IMG/VR virus record: IMGVR_UViG_3300010397_000044 | Coordinates: 14,735 to 78,734 of that record | Length of the DNA stretch: 64,000 bases | Strand: one strand, 5' to 3' | DNA from: a virus | Shown: positions 56,462-64,000 of the stretch, piece by piece | Numbering within the stretch: the first letter of the stretch is position 1 | How the letters are laid out: every line of letters begins with the position of its first letter | Program-made: the position numbers and the translations under genes | The notes under the pieces: model-generated | What the model saw: the letters and a program-made list of their open reading frames with translations, nothing else | The model's database searches: none | Told to the model about the DNA's origin: nothing

Positions 56462-56499
56462 GAGTAAGAGTTGAATGTAGTAAAGAAGCCCTTCGGTAA

Positions 56500-56718
56500 T
56501 CAATCCGTGGGGCTTTTGTATTCTATCTCTATACCCGCATCAATAAGAAACTGCCTGCAAGCGTCTGGCCCTTGTCGTCTCAAATTCTCACTCACTCTAC
56601 GAATAGATTCTACGGTTTCTTTTATCTCCCGCTGTACTTCTTCATATGATTGGTTCCAGTACATAGTATAAAGGTAATGGTTTTGGGTATATTTTATTTT
56701 TATTTGGAAGTCTGACAT
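56500..56718 (-). CDS. hypothetical protein
   Basis: ACRQFLIDAGI motif; convergent hairpin at about 56485-56517. Confidence 0.45.
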   Translation of the reverse strand: MSDFQIKIKYTQNHYLYTMYWNQSYEEVQREIKETVESIRRVSENLRRQGPDACRQFLIDAGIEIEYKSPTD

Positions 56719-56739
56719 GTTTTATGTTAGATTTGTGTC

Positions 56740-56958
56740 ATGAGTAAAACAGAAAAAAAGAAGACATTTACGTACTATGGTACGCCATCCGTCAGAGATA
56801 GGGCCATGAAAAAGGCCGATAAGGAAGGGATGACGCTTGGAGAGGTTGTGGACGGGCTGCTGGCCTTGTACGTAAAAACAAAAAAAGGCGCTCTTTTGCA
56901 ATCTCAAAAGAGAAAAACAGTATTGGTATTCGGCAGCGAACAATACGAATTAAAATAA
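56740..56958 (+). CDS. ribbon-helix-helix-like DNA-binding protein
   Basis: KTFTYYGTPSVRDRAMKKADKEGMTLGEVVDGLLALYV; TAGATTTG promoter at 56728-56735. Confidence 0.65.
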   Translation: MSKTEKKKTFTYYGTPSVRDRAMKKADKEGMTLGEVVDGLLALYVKTKKGALLQSQKRKTVLVFGSEQYELK

Positions 56959-56986
56959 CCAACACATACTTTAACTATTAAATATT

Positions 56987-57217
56987 ATGAGACTATATAA
57001 AGAAACAGATATTACGCTCCCTACAAAGGGGAGATTAGACAGAAATGTGGTTAAAGTTAAAGGCAAGCAAGTTGGGTGGTGGGTAGTGCTGACTGATTGT
57101 TATTTTGACCCATTACCGGATGCTGGCTTGAAAGACTTCGATGCAAGAAGTATAGTGGGCCTGAAACGAGGACTCCTTCAGCAATTAAATGAATCCATCA
57201 CAATAAAAGAACAATGA
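56987..57217 (+). CDS. hypothetical protein
   Basis: Coupled ORF. Confidence 0.55.
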   Translation: MRLYKETDITLPTKGRLDRNVVKVKGKQVGWWVVLTDCYFDPLPDAGLKDFDARSIVGLKRGLLQQLNESITIKEQ

Positions 57218-57594
57218 CAGAATCCGGAAAGACAATATCAGTCCAACGCAAGTACGCTATATCCACTACCTTTTTAGATACTACTCTTGAATCAGAAGAT
57301 GTAATAAGAGAAGGAGAAACAAGAGAAGATGCCATGAATAGGGTGATAGATGATCTTGATAGAATAGCAGACAATCGCCGAAAGAAGCTATATCCGCATC
57401 GTGAAGAAGCTATAGAGGTAAAGCAAATAGGCACCATTCAAGTAGATAATACGCCAGCGGACGGAGACGAAGCCTTGGCGTTGATTAAAAATGCTCCTTC
57501 ATTAGAAATATTGGGCACCTTCAAACTAATCGCCGCCACTAACAAAGAGCTTTATGAAGCATATAATAAACGTTTAAAAGAACTAACTAAATGA
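57214..57594 (+). CDS. hypothetical protein
   Basis: Coupled ORF; C-terminal AYNKRLKEL helix. Confidence 0.6.
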   Translation: MTESGKTISVQRKYAISTTFLDTTLESEDVIREGETREDAMNRVIDDLDRIADNRRKKLYPHREEAIEVKQIGTIQVDNTPADGDEALALIKNAPSLEILGTFKLIAATNKELYEAYNKRLKELTK

Positions 57595-57782
57595 AAAATG
57601 CCTTTCTACTGCTAACTGTTGTTTGTCTTTTGTCTCTCTCTGTAATCACATGGGCGTTGATTGACGGAACAAAGTTATACATCCAAGGAGTCCCGTTATT
57701 AATCATCTATTTATGGATGATGACGATTGCTCTCATTTCCATGGGTTTCTATGTAATATTAGACAAGATAAAAGATAAGTAA
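57591..57782 (+). CDS. membrane protein (2 TM)
   Basis: Two hydrophobic helices. Confidence 0.55.
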   Translation: MKNAFLLLTVVCLLSLSVITWALIDGTKLYIQGVPLLIIYLWMMTIALISMGFYVILDKIKDK

Positions 57783-58039
57783 TGAAACAATACGATAAGA
57801 TATGGCTGCCTTGTGATAGACAAGATACCCATGGAGTTGTCAGGAACGGAGATGTATTCCTAGAAGGCTGTGTTAAGCCAGAGGCTAATCTACTTGTACT
57901 CACTATTAAAGAAGCAGAGGAAATATTTACTTCCGGATTTAATAGAGGAGTTGAGGCTAAAACAAAAAGATCTGGCGAATTAAAGTGCCCAACTTTCAAA
58001 ACCTATCTCCAATCTAAAGGAATAACAATTGAAAAATAG
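57782..58039 (+). CDS. hypothetical protein
   Basis: Coupled ORF. Confidence 0.55.
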   Translation: MKQYDKIWLPCDRQDTHGVVRNGDVFLEGCVKPEANLLVLTIKEAEEIFTSGFNRGVEAKTKRSGELKCPTFKTYLQSKGITIEK

Positions 58040-58563
58040 TAAAGAAATCTGGGTGGGAGTCCCAAAATGGAAAGATAGGTATGAGATTTCATCTCACGGT
58101 AGGTTGCGAGGTTTAGTGGGCGGCTGTAAAAATTATAAATTATTGGTACCCCAAAATAATAAAAACGGTCAAAGATAAAAAAACAGGCTATCATAAGGTA
58201 ATGCTACATCGTGGAAGCGAAATGCAATCAACCACTCTTCATAGGCTTGTCCTATTGTCTTTCAAAGGTAAGCCAAGAGGGAATCGTATGCATGTTTGCC
58301 ATAATGATGGCGACAAGGATAATAATTTCCTATTTAATTTACGTTGGGACACAAGGATAGGCAATGCCTCCGATAAGAAAAAACACGGAACATTTTTATT
58401 CGGAGAAACAAGCCCCCGATCTATATTTACCAACCTTCAAGTCCTTAAAATAAGAGAATTGAAAAAAGAAGGCATCTCTAATAAAAAGATATCTGCCATT
58501 TATAAGTGCAGCGAAGGGGCTATTAGAGATATTATAGTTAGAAAAACATGGAAACATTTATAA
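58029..58563 (+). pseudogene. NUMOD4-HNH homing endonuclease split by a +1 frameshift
   Basis: EIWVGVPKWKDRYEISSHGRLR (NUMOD4) in one frame; KKTGYHKVML...HRLVL...VCHNDGDKDNN..NLRW in the next; shift at cccc-aaaa 58149-58156. Confidence 0.7.
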
Positions 58564-58572
58564 ACAAATACC

Positions 58573-58791
58573 ATGACACCAATAGATAAGGCTGAGGAAC
58601 TACTATCAAAATTTGGCTCTCATCTAACGCATGAAAATATTAGATACGCTAAAGCCAGGGCGTGTGCCATTATATGTGTAGATGAGATAATAGCAGCCTT
58701 TGATCAATCGATATATACTACTATCGATGAAAATGGCGGTTCGCTGGAAGAATATTGGCAACAAGTAAAAACACACATACAGCAGTTATGA
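58573..58791 (+). CDS. hypothetical phage protein
   Basis: MTPIDKAEELL...ACAIICVDEII...YWQQVK. Confidence 0.65.
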   Translation: MTPIDKAEELLSKFGSHLTHENIRYAKARACAIICVDEIIAAFDQSIYTTIDENGGSLEEYWQQVKTHIQQL

Positions 58792-59087
58792 CAAGGAATA
58801 AGTCTCAGATACTACATGGGAAACTAAATGAATTGACTAATCCAGAAACCTTAGAATATCACCACGCCTTAAAGATATTCGACGCAATGGATGAATGGGC
58901 CGAACAAGAATCTATTGCTTTTGCAGAATGGTTAGATGAGGAAGTATATAATAATAATCTTTCACGAGTGAGGGCTAGAAATAGCGTTCATTATGGTAAA
59001 TGGGCTTATTCAAAAGGTGTTCCCAATCCTCAGTTCTTTACAACCGCTGAATTATTTCAGTTACTTAAACAATCCAAGAAATGCTAA
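58788..59087 (+). CDS. hypothetical phage protein
   Basis: AMDEWAEQESIAFAEWL...TTAELFQL. Confidence 0.6.
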   Translation: MTRNKSQILHGKLNELTNPETLEYHHALKIFDAMDEWAEQESIAFAEWLDEEVYNNNLSRVRARNSVHYGKWAYSKGVPNPQFFTTAELFQLLKQSKKC

Positions 59088-59287
59088 CAACCTTATGGAT
59101 AGAACATTGGGAAGAGGTAGAGTTAATAAAGAAGGTAATGGAAGAGAATACCTTAATGGGGAAAGTTATTTCTACGAATGTATCAGCAGTCAGCGGATAC
59201 GATGTAGAGATATATTTCGCCTCCGAAACAATGCCTTATATGTTAGGTAAACAAGTTGAATTATTGATAATTAAATCTATGGTATGA
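59081..59287 (+). CDS. hypothetical protein
   Basis: Coupled ORF. Confidence 0.5.
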   Translation: MLTTLWIEHWEEVELIKKVMEENTLMGKVISTNVSAVSGYDVEIYFASETMPYMLGKQVELLIIKSMV

Positions 59288-59529
59288 ATAAAGAAGTAAA
59301 AGTACTGCCCATTGGCAAAAAGTCTATTTGGAAAAAGATCACCTCTTTTCTTCCCTTTCACTGCCGGTACTGCGGGAAGAGATACGTTAAGTGCCACAGC
59401 GACAAGATAAATGTATTAATGCCACTCCCCCAAAACGGGAGATGCTGCCCTGATGGCCATGAAGGGTATACGGATGAATTTACAGGATTCGCCATCATGC
59501 GACACTGGTTCGACAATATAAAACATTGA
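59284..59529 (+). CDS. Cys-rich hypothetical protein
   Basis: CRYCG...CCPDGH. Confidence 0.5.
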   Translation: MNKEVKVLPIGKKSIWKKITSFLPFHCRYCGKRYVKCHSDKINVLMPLPQNGRCCPDGHEGYTDEFTGFAIMRHWFDNIKH

Positions 59530-59574
59530 CAACCAATTAACCCCCTAACTAAAGAATAATATAAATAATAAACT

Positions 59575-59904
59575 ATGTATCAACAATCATTACAACAAAT
59601 AGCTATGACACACGCTCAAAACTTCCCTCCTCAGCCAACTCCGATAAAAGAAGAGTCGGCCCTTGATATTAACCTGAATCAACTTGATGACCAAGTATCA
59701 AGATTTTACAATGGGATGAACGAATTGGACCGATTGGCTGAACGGTTAATGTCCGACCAGAAGAATCCAGAGCCAGCCCCGAACGGTGTAAAACCCGCAC
59801 CATCCAGCGATCACATTGGCAAGCTCAGAGAATCTATCAACACCTTCGACCACTTAAACAACAGACTCTGCGCAACCATTGCTTACTTACAAAGAATAAT
59901 ATAA
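59575..59904 (+). CDS. coiled-coil hypothetical protein
   Basis: Heptad pattern; strong A-rich leader. Confidence 0.6.
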   Translation: MYQQSLQQIAMTHAQNFPPQPTPIKEESALDINLNQLDDQVSRFYNGMNELDRLAERLMSDQKNPEPAPNGVKPAPSSDHIGKLRESINTFDHLNNRLCATIAYLQRII

Positions 59905-59909
59905 ACGTT

Positions 59910-60125
59910 ATGACTGAAGAAATAACAAAAAGAGTGTACTCATTAAATGGAGGCCCTCAAGATTTAAATAATCTATACTTTATGAGTTTGGATGAAGTCG
60001 TCGGGTTTATAAAGACAGACCTTGAGGAGATAACGGATATTGAGGCGGATTCCGAAAGTTACAGCATAGATATAAAATTAATGACTCAGAAAGAAATCGA
60101 TGATCTTCCCGAATATCAATTTTAA
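59910..60125 (+). CDS. acidic hypothetical protein
   Basis: MTQKEIDDLPEY motif. Confidence 0.6.
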   Translation: MTEEITKRVYSLNGGPQDLNNLYFMSLDEVVGFIKTDLEEITDIEADSESYSIDIKLMTQKEIDDLPEYQF

Positions 60126-60129
60126 CAAT

Positions 60130-60408
60130 ATGAATGCAAGAGAAGAGTACATTAAATTGTGCCATGCCGCCTTCAAGGCTATTAACGATGTGGATTTTCA
60201 TATAAAACGATCCCGTTGTGAAGGATACAGCCAAGCCATGAAAGATATACTAGGATTAGATCATTGGGGATCAATTGTCATGGCCACCGATCTTTCTTTC
60301 CCCGATGATGTGCCCGTATGTGCTGGCGTGCCTATCTATTCAGAACTACAATTAAAGGATCAAAAAGAAACAACCGATGGACTTCACATCTTGGAAATGC
60401 CGCTGTAG
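60130..60408 (+). CDS. hypothetical protein
   Basis: Start reassigned to MNAREE. Confidence 0.5.
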   Translation: MNAREEYIKLCHAAFKAINDVDFHIKRSRCEGYSQAMKDILGLDHWGSIVMATDLSFPDDVPVCAGVPIYSELQLKDQKETTDGLHILEMPL

Positions 60409-61243
60409 CTCTATATCCAAAATAATGACTAATGGTCGTGGATCAGAGCCTTTAACTCCTAAACAATGGGAAACTATAAAGGAAATAGAAGGAAAAATAG
60501 AATCTGGTAAGGCTACAGAGAAACAAAATCTGGAATTGGCCCGATTAGTTCAAAAAGACAGGGATTCCCAGAAAGTTACTCTTGGAGAGACCGCCGAATC
60601 GTATCTTTTAGAGGTTTATGCGTGGGAAACGGTCAAAAAGTGCTCTGTAAACAAGGAATTAAACGTTGATTTCATACAAAAGGGCAAAATGGGGGAAGCG
60701 GAAGGGCTACAACTCATGTCCTACTGCGAAAACTACTTCTACGAGAAGAATAAAGAGCGGATAAGCAATGATTTTTTGTCCGGGGAGCCAGATACCTTCC
60801 AAGGGAAGTCCATTATGGAGGCGGAAATTATCCCCGATATCAAGATAATTTGGGATTTCCCCGGCTTTTTGAGAAAAATCAACAAACCGGCTGAACCTGA
60901 GTATAGGGCACAACTGGCCGGATATGCAGACATCAGTGGAGCAAAGGAAGCATTCGTAGGTAACTGCCTAATCAACACCCCTGAGCCAATACGGAACGAT
61001 TACAAGCGTAAACTCTTCTATAAAGGAGAATATACCAGCGAGGAATCGCCCGATTTTTTGGCCGCATGGGACCCTATAGAACGATCTATGATCTTTAATG
61101 ACATCCCGGCGCTCATGAGATTCAATAAAGTCCCCGTGGAGATATTCTCATCCACTGAGCGCCAGCAGGTCTATGATAGGGTAAAATTCTGTCGCGAATG
61201 GCTCAACAACTTCCATGAACAATACATAAAACTTAATCAATAA
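60377..61243 (+). CDS. lambda-exonuclease/YqaJ-like PD-(D/E)xK exonuclease
   Basis: RCSSISKIM; KG..E; LSGEPD...IPDIKIIWD; Y.AQLAGY. Confidence 0.8.
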   Translation: MDFTSWKCRCSSISKIMTNGRGSEPLTPKQWETIKEIEGKIESGKATEKQNLELARLVQKDRDSQKVTLGETAESYLLEVYAWETVKKCSVNKELNVDFIQKGKMGEAEGLQLMSYCENYFYEKNKERISNDFLSGEPDTFQGKSIMEAEIIPDIKIIWDFPGFLRKINKPAEPEYRAQLAGYADISGAKEAFVGNCLINTPEPIRNDYKRKLFYKGEYTSEESPDFLAAWDPIERSMIFNDIPALMRFNKVPVEIFSSTERQQVYDRVKFCREWLNNFHEQYIKLNQ

Positions 61244-61521
61244 TGGGACGTAAAAAGGTTTTTGAAATGGATGTGCTGTCGGGTAATGAACAAAGTGGCA
61301 TTACCGTAGCAAACGCAAGAATAATAGGGACTGCCCCCAAGAATATCCCCTATCTGAATATTGATTTACCAGAAACCGGAACTTGCGCCTGCATTAAGGA
61401 CAAGGACTTAGAACGTTTTGCCATCAGTATTTTAGAGTCATTGGGGTACGAAATTCTCCCATTGTCCGCAGGGATAGACTCCCTTGGCAGGAAGGGGTAT
61501 AAAATTCAAAAAGACTCATAA
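61243..61521 (+). CDS. hypothetical protein
   Basis: Coupled ORF. Confidence 0.55.
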   Translation: MGRKKVFEMDVLSGNEQSGITVANARIIGTAPKNIPYLNIDLPETGTCACIKDKDLERFAISILESLGYEILPLSAGIDSLGRKGYKIQKDS

Positions 61522-61688
61522 ACAATTGAAAACTAAATACATGAATAGAGAGATAGATCAACTTACTTTGAAAAATAGGCCATACAATCCATGGAACAAA
61601 AAGCCACACCGGTTGGCGCTGGCCTGCAACATCCATGGATTTTCCATTCGCCCATACAAGAAAAACAAACGTAAAACCCTGAAAACCA

Positions 61689-61889
61689 ATGACCATAGAT
61701 AACTGGATATCCGTATTAGACAAAAAGCCGGAAAATGTCCATAACGTAATCATGGGAGGAGCCTGCTGCGAGGTGTGCTATAACATAGACATTGGATTTT
61801 ACGAAGACGGACAATGGTCTATGAAGAACGGGGATGATGTGAAATGGCCCGTAACTCATTGGATGCCAATACCAGAACCACCTAAATAA
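61689..61889 (+). CDS. DUF551-like protein
   Basis: NWISVLDKKPE...VTHWMPIPEPPK. Confidence 0.85.
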   Translation: MTIDNWISVLDKKPENVHNVIMGGACCEVCYNIDIGFYEDGQWSMKNGDDVKWPVTHWMPIPEPPK

Positions 61890-61907
61890 TACAATAATTA
61901 TAGGGTA

Positions 61908-62711
61908 ATGAAGATTAATTACCGAAACACGTGCCTTGATTGGCTGGATCATCCCGAAAGAATGGCGTTCCATATCCCAGACAACAACCATTTCGAGGAT
62001 ATGACACCTAAATCATGGGAGTTCCTTTACAGCGTTCGGGATGCGTTTACTAAGCTAGTCAAAATGGATGGCGAGCCCAAGGTGTTCAGAGAAAAAATCC
62101 GTCTTATAAGTCAACCTTTCTGGGAAGCCTACCTGAAAGGGAAACACGCAATGGTTAACATCTTTGACAAGGAGGAAATAGAAGAAACAGGAACGTTTAT
62201 CACACAGTGTCCTTCGATGACCCACACATACTTTTATTACATTAAAACGATGGGACATGGCGACGATTGGAAAATGGATTGGACGCTTCTTTTATTCACG
62301 AAACGTTCAGGGGCCGACACCGCAGGTCTTGATCTCTGCTTATCAGAAATGGGGGATAAGTCTAAGAGTTTTATCTGGAAAGAATGGGAAGATGCCGGTA
62401 TGACTAAAGGTTATTGGATGGCTTGGCTTATTAGCCTTATCGCCTTTATAAAATATTGTCCCATGGAGACTAAAATAGTTAATGCGGGCCGTAAGGATTA
62501 CCACGTAGGAGAAAAATATCTCAATGAGACAAGGCATAACATAGAGATATTGGATTCCACATGGTTTACAACGATCATTCGATCTGAAGGTTTCGAAGTA
62601 GGCGGTCATTTTAGACTTCAGCCTTGGGGACCGGGCATGAGTCAACGACGCCTACAATGGATAGAGCCCTTTCAGAAACACGGATATACAAGGAAAGCTA
62701 AAATTCTTTAA
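61908..62711 (+). CDS. conserved hypothetical phage protein
   Basis: C-terminal VGGHFRLQPWGPG..RRLQWIEPFQKHG motif. Confidence 0.7.
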   Translation: MKINYRNTCLDWLDHPERMAFHIPDNNHFEDMTPKSWEFLYSVRDAFTKLVKMDGEPKVFREKIRLISQPFWEAYLKGKHAMVNIFDKEEIEETGTFITQCPSMTHTYFYYIKTMGHGDDWKMDWTLLLFTKRSGADTAGLDLCLSEMGDKSKSFIWKEWEDAGMTKGYWMAWLISLIAFIKYCPMETKIVNAGRKDYHVGEKYLNETRHNIEILDSTWFTTIIRSEGFEVGGHFRLQPWGPGMSQRRLQWIEPFQKHGYTRKAKIL

Positions 62712-62731
62712 TCAAAACAATAAACACAAAG

Positions 62732-63025
62732 ATGAATCCAGACAATTATGGAGGCGTAGCTAATGCAGGACCTTCCCAACTTGACCAACAACAAGTCATT
62801 CGTGGCAATTATCCAATGGCACAAGGAGAAGCACAGGCACCAACGAGGCTTAATATAGCCCGGCCTATTTCCATTGAGCAGTTAAACCACGGTTATGTTA
62901 TTGTCGTCGGCTGCCAACGGTTCGCTGTAGAAAGCAAGGACGCCTTATTGCATCGCCTTGGCAGTTATCTTTCAGACCCTAATAAGGTAGAGGAAGATTG
63001 GTCAACTGGGAAACTAAAATTTTAA
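62732..63025 (+). CDS. hypothetical protein
   Basis: ISIEQLNHGYVIVVGCQRFAVE. Confidence 0.6.
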   Translation: MNPDNYGGVANAGPSQLDQQQVIRGNYPMAQGEAQAPTRLNIARPISIEQLNHGYVIVVGCQRFAVESKDALLHRLGSYLSDPNKVEEDWSTGKLKF

Positions 63026-63043
63026 CCCTCAAACATTTAAAAA

Positions 63044-63298
63044 ATGAGCACAGAACAAGGACAGCCAACATCTACATTAGGAGAAAGAAGGGTACGGGTA
63101 TCGTTCAACCCATCTCAAAAGGGCCTCGTGGATCAAATTAAGCAGAAAAGCGCGGAGCTTATCGATCTGGTCAACCAACTCAAAGGAGACCCGGCAGTAG
63201 TTGCAGACGGGGAGAAAATACGACTTATATCGCTCGCCCAAACCTCTTACGAAGAAGGCGCAATGTGGGGAGTAAAAGCAGCTACGTTCGGAATGTAA
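63044..63298 (+). CDS. Acb2/Tad1-like helical hairpin protein (candidate immune-signal sponge)
   Basis: RVRVSFNPS..VDQIKQKSAELID...RLISLAQTSYEEGAMWGVKAAT. Confidence 0.6.
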   Translation: MSTEQGQPTSTLGERRVRVSFNPSQKGLVDQIKQKSAELIDLVNQLKGDPAVVADGEKIRLISLAQTSYEEGAMWGVKAATFGM

Positions 63299-63332
63299 AA
63301 TTATTCGTAACTTAGTGCTTAATGCACTACTT

Positions 63333-63509
63333 ATGCGAATAACACTCACGCTGACTGATCCGGATGATATATCTGAGGTCAAAGCTATCGCCGCCAGAGA
63401 GAAGCATACGGTTTCTCGAATGGCGGCTATTTTATTGGAACAAGCCATCAAAGATCGTAAACGGAAAAGAAAGACCAATGGATCAGAGACTACCACCGAA
63501 GGGAACTAG
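63333..63509 (+). CDS. ribbon-helix-helix DNA-binding protein
   Basis: MRITLTLTDPDDISEVKAIAAREKHTVSRMAAILLEQAI. Confidence 0.7.
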   Translation: MRITLTLTDPDDISEVKAIAAREKHTVSRMAAILLEQAIKDRKRKRKTNGSETTTEGN

Positions 63510-63885
63510 CACATGGCAGCCAGGACATAGAGAGATCGGGGGCCGCAAAATCTACTTCCGAAGCAAGTGGGAGATCAACTATTGCCGGTATCTCCAATGG
63601 TTGAAAGAAAGAGGCCAGATCAAGGAATGGGAGTATGAGGTAGATACATTCTGGTTCGAGAAGATCAAAAGAGGAGTTCGCAGCTATAAGCCCGACTTCA
63701 AGGTCACCGAAAACAATGGGTCAGTTGCGTATCATGAAGTGAAGGGATGGCTCGATCCCAGAAGCCGAACAAAGCTAAAACGTATGTTTTTGTACCATCC
63801 TGCGGTCAAAATTGTCCTCATTGAAAAAAAGTTTTTCTCCCAGAACGGGAAGAAGCTCAGCGGTTTAGTGCATAATTGGGAGTGA
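63478..63885 (+). CDS. PD-(D/E)xK endonuclease (DUF1064/endonuclease I-like)
   Basis: FRSKWE, WEYE, YKPDF, YHEVKGW; start reassigned to MDQRL. Confidence 0.8.
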   Translation: MDQRLPPKGTSTWQPGHREIGGRKIYFRSKWEINYCRYLQWLKERGQIKEWEYEVDTFWFEKIKRGVRSYKPDFKVTENNGSVAYHEVKGWLDPRSRTKLKRMFLYHPAVKIVLIEKKFFSQNGKKLSGLVHNWE

Positions 63886-63940
63886 GTCCTTAAAATGGAA
63901 CAATTCCATGTCGTGGAAAAACCATAGCTTTGAGCATTCT

Positions 63941-63968
63941 AGTTAACATAATGTTTCTTATAAGACAG
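63941..63968 (-). other. XerCD dif-like recombination site
   Basis: Minus strand reads ctgtcttataa-gaaaca-ttatgttaact (11-6-11); right arm is 10/11 identical to the E. coli XerD arm TTATGTTAAAT. Confidence 0.75.
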
Positions 63969-64000
63969 TTGTAAGTTATTGATATTCAGTAAGTTGCGAC

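Noticed and set aside
1-64000. Stop-codon reassignment as in some crAss-like phages
   Set aside because: Long genes are intact in code 11, and TAG, TGA and TAA all terminate genes (e.g. the capsid gene ends in TAG)

Overview
This window is about 64 kb of a tailed dsDNA bacteriophage with a podovirus-type, crAss/Cellulophaga-phage-like morphogenesis module. The host is most likely a Bacteroidota: promoters match TAnnTTTG, start regions are A-rich without Shine-Dalgarno sequences, and signal peptides are followed by Gln. Gene order: methyltransferase plus three glycosyltransferases (0.2-3.5 kb); GroEL, GroES and a tandem GroES-like protein; portal, terminase large subunit, scaffold, major capsid, ring/muzzle tail proteins and ejection proteins (6.4-31 kb); tail-fibre block (31-41.8 kb); lysis cassette (41.8-44.9 kb); a cluster of small exported proteins and candidate ncRNAs (45-47.9 kb); a minus-strand arm of small early genes (47.9-54.4 kb); a non-coding divergence region; then a plus-strand arm with a circularly permuted tmRNA, HNH, exonuclease, an Acb2/Tad1-like protein and a XerCD dif-like site. 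No DNA polymerase, helicase or integrase is recognisable here. Top observations: (1) the 2101-aa tail fibre and its neighbours carry Sec signal peptides and are strongly enriched in the Bacteroidota periplasmic O-glycosylation motif D-(S/T)-(A/I/L/V/M/T), suggesting exported, host-glycosylated receptor-binding proteins; (2) a compact two-piece tmRNA with its own tag peptide; (3) a small gene nested out of frame inside the giant ejection protein; (4) a dif site. All calls come from manual motif reading; no database searches were run.
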